NCBI GenBank assembly: GCA_963802945.1
Contig: CAWDKY010000028.1
Coordinates: 128,001-192,000, forward strand
Source: an uncultured delta proteobacterium
GTDB lineage: Bacteria; Desulfobacterota; RBG-13-43-22
Reading direction: 5' to 3'
Length of the DNA: 64,000 nt
How positions within the stretch are numbered: position 1 is the first letter of the stretch; every line of letters starts with the position of its first letter. Both the position numbers and the translations under genes were made by a program. The notes beneath the pieces were generated by a model. The model saw only the letters and a list, made by a program, of their open reading frames with translations. It ran no database searches and had not been told where the DNA came from. Shown piece after piece: positions 53,425 to 60,555 of the stretch.

Positions 53425-53994
53425 CTAACCGTTGGGCTGAGAAATCGGTGCAGGCTGGTGGCTGGGATGCAGCTTTACGAAGGAATCAAAAGCCAGCCAG
53501 AGGAAGACCCAACCTGGGACTTGTTCGAATCTAAGACCGCTTCGTAGTATAGTCCACACCCCCACCCCAACAAAGGCCAAGGGAAGGGCTATTTTGAGGT
53601 TGATATTGACTCCCGTCATCTGGGATAAACGCTTGTTCAAGTCCTCTACAGCTCCGACGAAAGTCAATGGAGCTTCGCTCTTACCATTCGTCGAAAGTGA
53701 TGCATCGATAGATGGTGCCTCGGACAGATTTCCAAAAATTACATCCATATCTTCAAATACCTGACGGATCTCTGACACGTTGTGCTGTTGTGGATTATAG
53801 TTGACGGTGACGCTCCCGGTAGCAGCGTTTACATTCACCTTATCAATGGCGTCATGCTTCCCCAAATGTTCATTAATACGGTTCAACACAGATGGATGCC
53901 TGCTCTCTGGGCTGAGTTTGATCCGCAACCGGCCCGGAACATGGCTCGCCACTCGAGCCTGGTGAACTTGATGCGGTTTCTGAGGATTCACCAT
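53425..53994 (-). CDS. HMA_2-like domain plus C-terminal membrane segment
   Basis: SHVPGRLRIKL...VNAATGSVTVNY; LPLAFVGVGVW...PGWVFLWLAF. Confidence 0.72.
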   Translation of the reverse strand: MVNPQKPHQVHQARVASHVPGRLRIKLSPESRHPSVLNRINEHLGKHDAIDKVNVNAATGSVTVNYNPQQHNVSEIRQVFEDMDVIFGNLSEAPSIDASLSTNGKSEAPLTFVGAVEDLNKRLSQMTGVNINLKIALPLAFVGVGVWTILRSGLRFEQVPGWVFLWLAFDSFVKLHPSHQPAPISQPNG

Positions 53995-54135
53995 TGTCTT
54001 CCTCCAAGCAAATCAAGCGAGTTAGGTTTTAAATCTACCCTGGATTCTCCTTCATGTGGTTTCAATTGCATTTTCTTTATACCATTTATCATCGATGATT
54101 TCAAACGGTAATCCTTGTTTCCCAACGACTTGGTT

Positions 54136-54165
54136 GACCAACAAGTTATTCTAAAGGTTCTGTCT
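54136..54165 (-). other. attI-like site, copy B
   Basis: CCAACAAGTTATTCTA at 54138-54153 is identical to 58915-58930 at the head of the cassette array. Confidence 0.5.
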
Positions 54166-54222
54166 GACTCTACACCCTAAATACTTTATTAAGGTCTCTA
54201 TAAAAAAAACTTACATTGTCTA

Positions 54223-54450
54223 TTAGAAAAAATTTTTCGTTTTTATCATGGCTATATTCGGAATTGGTTTTAATATTAAGAGGATCGTAGGTAAAGGGAA
54301 TGCTGATGGATTGGATGGATCTTTTGAAACATGGATCTGGGCCATAAATCTCCTTAAGAACCTGGAGAGAGTTTTACCAATACTGATATTATGACAAGGT
54401 TAGCATAACCGTGTAATTTGTCAATAAAATTCTCAGAGAAGAAATCAATT
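54223..54450 (-). repeat. Promoter plus small ORF module, copy B
   Basis: About 170 bp similar to 60321-60495; TTGACA-16-TAACCT, SD AAGGAG, ORF MAQIHVSKDPSNPS at 54345. Confidence 0.8.
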
Positions 54451-54879
54451 TAGTTAGGGGATGAAGGAAAAGATTATAACGTGTCTATTGGGGATTGGGT
54501 CGCACAAAAAATTGCTTAATAATTTTTTTTAAAAGGTCAGTCTGATCTTCCCCCAGTATAACGGACAATTGATTAGGGATTAAAAAATTACACAGCTCAT
54601 AAAATTAAGTATGCTTTCTCCGGAATTTATGAAAACTTGAAAAGGAATGGTCAGGGAATTGGCAGCCGTACTGAATGGAACAACGAATGGGGATGGATCC
54701 GTATTCCAGAAGAATCCCCTTCAGACCTTGAAAAATACACCCCCGTGACTGCTTCGAAAATTTCTGGCAACAGGCAAGTCCCGATCGCTACTTCCCTCAG
54801 GTTAAAAAGAACGGAGTAGCTGCCGTTCCCAAGCAAAAGGAAATCCGACCGGAACAAATTATTCCAATGGAAGAAGATT

Positions 54880-55383
54880 TTAAAAAATTTTAAAGGAACT
54901 AAAACAAGAATAAACCCTCAACATTTCCTTCAATTGCTCAACACGCGGCTCAGTGGGAGCCGGGTTTTTCGGCGATCCACGGCAGCCGATGGTTAGCGTT
55001 CTATTTGCTACGATCCGTGTATGGGCGCGTTGGTGCTCCGGTGAATTGCTCTTGTTATCTCTTAACTTGTTCAGATTGTCTTTTGCTTCTGGATTGATGT
55101 CTAATTCAAACTGTAGTTCTTTGCAGGGAAAATCAGCACATTCAATGCAGGAATTGTACTCCCTCTCGACGCAACATTTACGCATTTTACATAAATTGCG
55201 GCAATTAAATGAAAGCCTTTTACCTGCTCTACAACCATCGCAGATTACATACTCAGGTTTTACATCAGTACGATACAACTTCGACAAATTTTCAGCGACT
55301 CTTACTAATTCTTCATCATTTCCTGATTGGGTTGCATGGTAGCTATCACATTTCGAACAGTCTATTCCGCAATAAGCAATCAT
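54880..55383 (-). CDS. DUF3795-like Cys-rich cassette protein; ORF reads through the damaged attC
   Basis: IAYCGIDCSKC, CDGC, C..RKCC, CIECADFPC. Confidence 0.8.
   Translation of the reverse strand: MIAYCGIDCSKCDSYHATQSGNDEELVRVAENLSKLYRTDVKPEYVICDGCRAGKRLSFNCRNLCKMRKCCVEREYNSCIECADFPCKELQFELDINPEAKDNLNKLRDNKSNSPEHQRAHTRIVANRTLTIGCRGSPKNPAPTEPRVEQLKEMLRVYSCFSSFKIF
54936..54998 (-). mobile_element. Integron attC site 4
   Basis: CGCTAAC ... imperfect palindrome ... GTTGAGC, 63 bp, similar to attC1. Confidence 0.85.
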
Positions 55384-55402
55384 TTAGTTCTCCATATTAT
55401 TA

Positions 55403-55459
55403 AGATAACACTAAAAGTCAGCGGTGGCTTCAGCCATCCGCTGGAATTTGTAGTTAGAA
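55403..55459 (-). mobile_element. Integron attC site 3
   Basis: TTCTAAC...CAGCGGATGGCTGAAGCCACCGCTG...GTTATCT, 57 bp. Confidence 0.85.
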
Positions 55460-55591
55460 GATCACAGTTAGTTTTAATGTACTTTTAAGGGGTCAAATAT
55501 TTTGCGTTGACAATTCTTCCTTCATTTACTTTTTAATATTCGTCTATAGAAAAGATTTGACATCTTTCTGCCCCTCTCTTTTCCCTGACCT

Positions 55592-57094
55592 TTATCCATT
55601 CTGTGCTATCAATGTATCTAAGTAATTCTTTAGGCCATCAAGAATACCAAGCTGTAAAGCTAAAAAGTCTTCCTTTCCAAGCAGTTGTATACTTAACTTT
55701 CCAGAATATTTCATAACTGTTTTAGTGAGCTGTTTCTCTTTAGCCCTAATTTTAGACGCCTTTCCATGATCCAAATCATGGCGTAGATCTATACGCAACG
55801 CAACTATATCTCTAACCATGTCTGGCAAAGTAGATCCCAATCTTGTACCAGACCCACTCCCCTCATAGATGATTTTATAAAGCGCATCAATAAATTGCCC
55901 ATATAATTCCTGGTTCTTTAAGGTACTTTCAATAAGACGTAACCCTTTTGCAGTTTCATTTGTCGCCTTGAATAGGTCCTCACCATTTTTACTACGATAT
56001 ACCTCATTACACTTGTAAACTAAGTCTCCTACGCGGGTGGCCAAGGATTGAATTTGCTTTTCGATAGATTTTTCCATCGATCCAGTTTTCAAAAAGCATT
56101 GTGCATAAGAGGGATCAAAGAGGATTAGTTTCTTGACCAGGATTTCATTTCTCTTTTCAATTGATTCACGATCTGCAGTACCATAGTTAATGGCCTGCTG
56201 GTATGCTATCAAGTCACCGTCAGTTGCCAGTTTTCCCTTCTCAACTTCAGATCTCAAGTTATGAGAGAATTTTTCAAAAAATTCCCCCGACCTTTTTTCC
56301 ATTTTCCTTAATTGTCCTGAATCCTGGATTTGAGCTGAAAGATAGCAAAAGGAGACAATTGACGCTCGATTTCTTAAGGTGCTCGTTTTAGCTGGGAACA
56401 TCTTATTCATTGAATCAAACAATGATTTCAATTTCTTACCGAGAGTAGATCCCGATGAAAAGTTGATATTCTCCCTGAACATCTTCTCTAGTTCTGCAAA
56501 CCTCATGCGTGGCTGTATGCCCTTCAAAATTAAAAATGCAACCTTTGCACAAGTATCAAAGTGGGCGTACCTTGTGTCTTGGGCCGCAACTTTTTCTTTA
56601 AAAAAAGTATGCTTGGTGAGTTCACGAAGAAAATCCCGCAAGCCACTCTCAATTGCATTAAGTTTTTCAGGAGTATTGAGAGCTGTTCCCAGTTGCAGTC
56701 GTTGAAAAAGCTCCTTGACTTCATCATCGGTTGCGTCTTCGATTTCTTCAACCTGTAAAACAAAGTCGTCGAATTTATCTGATATAGCGGGCTTTAGATC
56801 CTCATACAGAGGGCCACCATAAGATTTTTGTGATTCCTGAGACAAAGGAATTTTATTGTCGAAAAATTCCCAGATTGTGATTAACCGTTGTTGACCATCA
56901 ACACATTCAAAAGTTTCGTCTCCAACCTTACGAAAGTAAAGGACAGGCACGTGCCATTCTTTAAGGATTGTATCTAAAAATTTTTGTTTCTTTTTTGGAG
57001 GCCAAACCGCACCACGCTGCCAGTCAGGTATCTCAATTCTATCTCGTCGCTTATAAAGCTTATCCAATGCTCGAGGACGAAGCTCCATTCTCAT
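55592..57094 (-). CDS. DUF262 (GmrS/ParB-like) protein with possible C-terminal HEPN-like domain
   Basis: PDWQRGAVW and VDGQQRL motifs; C-terminal RIDLRH fits RX4H. Confidence 0.8.
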   Translation of the reverse strand: MRMELRPRALDKLYKRRDRIEIPDWQRGAVWPPKKKQKFLDTILKEWHVPVLYFRKVGDETFECVDGQQRLITIWEFFDNKIPLSQESQKSYGGPLYEDLKPAISDKFDDFVLQVEEIEDATDDEVKELFQRLQLGTALNTPEKLNAIESGLRDFLRELTKHTFFKEKVAAQDTRYAHFDTCAKVAFLILKGIQPRMRFAELEKMFRENINFSSGSTLGKKLKSLFDSMNKMFPAKTSTLRNRASIVSFCYLSAQIQDSGQLRKMEKRSGEFFEKFSHNLRSEVEKGKLATDGDLIAYQQAINYGTADRESIEKRNEILVKKLILFDPSYAQCFLKTGSMEKSIEKQIQSLATRVGDLVYKCNEVYRSKNGEDLFKATNETAKGLRLIESTLKNQELYGQFIDALYKIIYEGSGSGTRLGSTLPDMVRDIVALRIDLRHDLDHGKASKIRAKEKQLTKTVMKYSGKLSIQLLGKEDFLALQLGILDGLKNYLDTLIAQNG

Positions 57095-57107
57095 ATTAAT
57101 ATTCTCC

Positions 57108-57164
57108 TTCTAAAGACAAAATCAGCGGCGGCTGTAAGATGTCTACTGGATTGCTTTGTTGGGC
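57108..57164 (-). mobile_element. Integron attC site 2 with mutated crossover (TTT for GTT)
   Basis: GCCCAAC ... TTTAGAA, 57 bp, similar to attC3. Confidence 0.75.
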
Positions 57165-57220
57165 TATTCTTGTCTTCCCTTTGTCCGCCGCCAATGGCTA
57201 ACCCCACCGCCTTCGTATTT

Positions 57221-57670
57221 TTAGGAGGTGGAAAGCGATTTCCTTTTGAAAACAGCAATGATCAATGTTGCAAGCATTGATGATATAACACCCAAGATGA
57301 AAGAAATTCCTCTATCAAGCCATAACTTTCTTGCCGAAACCTCCGATTGCAATCTAAAAATTGCTTCAATAGTTTTCCGATCAGCCTCGATAACAGGCTT
57401 AATCTTCTTTTCTTCTTCTTTTAATTCTTTTATGGCTTTCTCCGACTCGACTAAATTTCTCTTCTGGTCGTTGACAAATGTTTGTAGTCTCGCCAAATTG
57501 TCACTCACGTTATCTAATGTTTTTAATTGGGAGGAATATTCAAATTCGTGTTTAGATTTCTTAAGTACATATTTATCATGAATGAGAACGGGTACGCTAG
57601 CAAGCAAACCGATCACAAGTGCAATGATCACGTGTCCTGGAAAATATTTTAGAAAACCTCTATCAACCAT
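57221..57670 (-). CDS. Cassette protein, TM-coiled coil-TM
   Basis: Two hydrophobic segments flanking a heptad-rich region; SD GAGGT. Confidence 0.7.
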   Translation of the reverse strand: MVDRGFLKYFPGHVIIALVIGLLASVPVLIHDKYVLKKSKHEFEYSSQLKTLDNVSDNLARLQTFVNDQKRNLVESEKAIKELKEEEKKIKPVIEADRKTIEAIFRLQSEVSARKLWLDRGISFILGVISSMLATLIIAVFKRKSLSTS

Positions 57671-57690
57671 TTGACGACCTCACTATCTGT

Positions 57691-57754
57691 GCCCAACATC
57701 ACGTGTCACCGGGAGCCGGATTTATCGGCGATCCGGTGCAACCGCTTGTTGGTA
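57691..57754 (-). mobile_element. Integron attC site 1
   Basis: TACCAAC...CACCGGATCGCCGATAAATCCGGCTCCCGGTG...GTTGGGC, 64 bp. Confidence 0.88.
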
Positions 57755-58464
57755 TGTTTATACTTTTTAAGTTCCGAAAAGTTCGCTATCCTTCCTTGTG
57801 TCTTCTGGGTGCCATAAACGATGTTAATGCCATACCTATTTGAAAGTTCTTGTCTAATTACTTCGGCATGACCTGACGGCACCCCTGTAAAGACTATCAT
57901 AGGCGAAAAATGAATACCAGTTCTGTCGATCATTTTCTTTCTTGATATGAAAGCAGGCAGAAACTCCAGTACAAGGCCAGTGAATCCAAACAAGGCCTCG
58001 GGAAATGGGACTAAATGTTTAACCTCAACAAATGAGAAAAGTTGTTGGTTGCCCACATAGCTGTGTCGCCTTCCGTTCTTAAGTTTGACGGTAACCGCCC
58101 CATTCACAGCACATACAGCAACATCCGGCGTATAATATAGATGTTCGTTATGTGCAGATTGAATTTTGGTATTGTGAAAGATACATATGGGTTTCTTGGA
58201 AGCCAGGTCTGTAGCTTCAAAATAAGAAAAATTATCTATCAAGCCTGTCGAGACTATCTTATAACGAAAGGACTTCCTAGGGCCTAGGTTTTTGGCGGTC
58301 AAATTGAATCCTCGGTCTTGGTAATAGGCTACAACTGAGTTGTAGGTGGCTACTTCTACCAGGCTGGAAATTCGTTTGGCATTTGTTCTGCGAAAGTAAC
58401 CGTTTTTCCTTATGAATTCTTTCGCTTGATCTATTAGCGTTTTCCGGTCAATCCACGGTTGCAT
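57706..58464 (-). CDS. Cassette protein, putative PD-(D/E)XK nuclease
   Basis: E..TYN helix, YTPDVAV, FVEVKH; stop lies inside attC1. Confidence 0.6.
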   Translation of the reverse strand: MQPWIDRKTLIDQAKEFIRKNGYFRRTNAKRISSLVEVATYNSVVAYYQDRGFNLTAKNLGPRKSFRYKIVSTGLIDNFSYFEATDLASKKPICIFHNTKIQSAHNEHLYYTPDVAVCAVNGAVTVKLKNGRRHSYVGNQQLFSFVEVKHLVPFPEALFGFTGLVLEFLPAFISRKKMIDRTGIHFSPMIVFTGVPSGHAEVIRQELSNRYGINIVYGTQKTQGRIANFSELKKYKHTNKRLHRIADKSGSR

Positions 58465-58906
58465 GTCCTACCTTCTCCTGAACAGCCTGGACATTCCTTA
58501 TAAAGGACTTTAAAGTATCAAAGGAAAGCACCTCGACAGGAATCTTGTGAAAGGCCAAAAGCTCGTGAAACGCCATTACACAACCGGTGAACTTTCTAAT
58601 TGTCTGTGATGTCAGCTTGTCGCGGCCCATTCTGACATGCGTTGCTTTTGCAGTGTGGGCTAAAGACAAAAGAGACCTTCCACTTTCTAGCGGGGAAATG
58701 ATTTCTGTATAGAATAGCGATATTGCCAAAATGTCCACAATTTGCTGTTGAGTCGAAACATCCAGTAGCTTAAAAGCCGGGTCCTTCGGGAGGCGTGATT
58801 TTAGCTCATAGTAAGATGAGCGCACCCTGCGACCGAGTACAGTGCCAACTCCATCTGTCAACGCGAAAATCATGCCCATGTCTAACTGAGTGTTTGTATC
58901 ATTCAT
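58448..58906 (-). CDS. Hypothetical protein, first gene of the first cassette
   Basis: ATG lies 6 nt after GTTGGGG; overlaps the next gene by 17 nt. Confidence 0.65.
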   Translation of the reverse strand: MNDTNTQLDMGMIFALTDGVGTVLGRRVRSSYYELKSRLPKDPAFKLLDVSTQQQIVDILAISLFYTEIISPLESGRSLLSLAHTAKATHVRMGRDKLTSQTIRKFTGCVMAFHELLAFHKIPVEVLSFDTLKSFIRNVQAVQEKVGHATVD

Positions 58907-58912
58907 AATTTA

Positions 58913-58945
58913 CCCCAACAAGTTATTCTATAATTTTCTGTATAT
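58913..58945 (-). other. attI-like site, copy A (head of array)
   Basis: Minus strand ATAGAATAACTT-GTTGGGG precedes the first cassette with no attC palindrome upstream. Confidence 0.6.
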
Positions 58946-59003
58946 CTTTCCATGCTAAGGGGGGCCTTCAAGGGTATAATTAATAGCCATTTATCTTGAA
59001 TTA

Positions 59004-60138
59004 TAGTGAACGTCTTAAATAAGTGGACATAAAGATTTTATCTTTTGAGGTTTCCATCGTTGCGACCTTTTAAAGACAGAGACCTCCAGGGTTTCAAGAG
59101 TCTCAAAAAAGGCATTCGTTGTTTCCTCATAGCGCATGGTTCGCCAAAGAGTTTCTTGATAATTCAGCTCCGGATGGTAGGGCGGAAGATAGTGAAGATG
59201 CACTCGACGGTGTTGACTCCGAAAGTGCTCCACCATCTCTCCCCTGTGCCATGGGGCTCGATCTATCCAAAGATCGATACTCTTATCTTTGAAACGTATC
59301 ATGATGCTTTTGAGAAGCCGCATAAAGCCCTCGGTATTGCCCTTCCTCCATTTCATCATGCCATGCAGCCCATCAACGGGAGCGACCCATCCAAAGAGAT
59401 TAAGCCGCTTCTGATGTTGGCTCCGGGTGGAGACGTACGGTTGCGTTCCTTTCTTTACCCAGACACGACCCAGCCTCGGATGAAGACTAAACCCGCTTTC
59501 GTCCTCAAACAGAATGATTCTTCTTCCTTCGCTCTTTTCGGCCTGGCGGAGTTTTTTTTAATTCCCTCTGAAATGCCTCTACCCCTTCCTGGGAAGCCTG
59601 AACAAACCGGTACATCGGCTGCCTCAGGGAATACCCCAACTGACGTATCCACCGTTGGGCATGGCGGACATGGATGGTTATGCGATGAAAACGCTTCAAA
59701 TATTCCGTCAAGACCACCCCATCCCACCGGACCCGGGCAATGCCATAGTCTTTCGGAGACTTGGACAAGACCACGTCCAGTTCCCTCTTCAAGCGATCAT
59801 CCAAGTGGGAAGGCCGGCCAGGGCGAAATCGATCGCGGACAGCCCCAATTCCCTCCTCGTTGCTCTTATGAATCCATTTCACCACCGTCCACCGGGTCAA
59901 CCCGAACAGTTCGGCAACAGCCGTGGATTTCCACCCGGCCAAGAGCAGAAGATAACCGGCGATCCGCATGCCGATCCAAGCTCCCGGAATTTCATCGGCC
60001 ATTCGTAACAAGGTCTCTCGCGTCATCTTTGGGTGATCGAGGCTTAGAGCTTTCATGGCTTTCCTCCCAATGTGATTTTATTGGGAGTCATTATAGCATG
60101 GAATGCACATAATGTCTACTTATTTATGGCGTTAACTA
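59004..60138 (-). mobile_element. IS630 family insertion sequence
   Basis: TIRs TAGTGAACGTCTTAAATAAGTGGACAT / TAGTTAACGCCATAAATAAGTAGACAT; TA duplication at 59002-59003 and 60139-60140. Confidence 0.92.
59015..60056 (-). CDS. IS630 transposase in two frames joined at an A8 run near 59552-59559
   Basis: HTH ORF 59505-60056; second frame has FEDES, IDRAPWH and PELNYQE (DDE triad). Confidence 0.9.
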
Positions 60139-60218
60139 TAATTGCTCGAAGACATCCCCCCAAACCATATTCCTTTTAAATCATTATCAATAATTTCCTG
60201 AAAGTCTCCTTCAACAGC

Positions 60219-60495
60219 TTATTCAATCCTTCTGTATATCATGTCATTTTTAAGGTTATATAGAAATGGGAGAATCATTCCTGTGTTACAATTACTATAA
60301 CCGGAACGAGGTTTAACATAAAGAGGATCGTAGGCAAAGGGAATAGGTGATGGATTGGATGGATCTTTTGAGACATGGAACTGAGCCATAAATCTCCTCA
60401 AGAACCTGGAAAGGGGCGTAACAATTTTGATAGTATTTCAAGGATAGCATAACCGCTTAATTTGTCAATAAAGTTCCCTGAAAAGAAACCAACTT
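60219..60495 (-). repeat. Promoter plus small ORF module, copy A (56 aa ORF 60219-60389)
   Basis: TTGACA-16-TATCCT with extended TG, SD GAGGAG, MAQFHVSKDPSNPSPIPFAYDPL. Confidence 0.8.
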
Positions 60496-60555
60496 GATGT
60501 CGTCGAGGATTTAATAAATCAAGCGATGTTGGCTGTTGATTCTGGAGGAAAATGT

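Noticed and set aside
51613-53994. Magnetosome genes
   Set aside because: No mamA/B/E/K/M/Q-like genes in the window; the small-protein resemblance fits fez-type clusters better.
54637-54920. Short ORFs after attC4 as a fifth cassette gene
   Set aside because: Fragmentary on both strands, no closing attC and no recognisable family; probably a decayed cassette.
54936-57754. Palindromic repeats as a CRISPR array
   Set aside because: They are separated by whole genes, have attC core sites, and no cas genes are present.
59045-60112. 355-aa plus-strand ORF
   Set aside because: Antisense shadow of the IS630 transposase.
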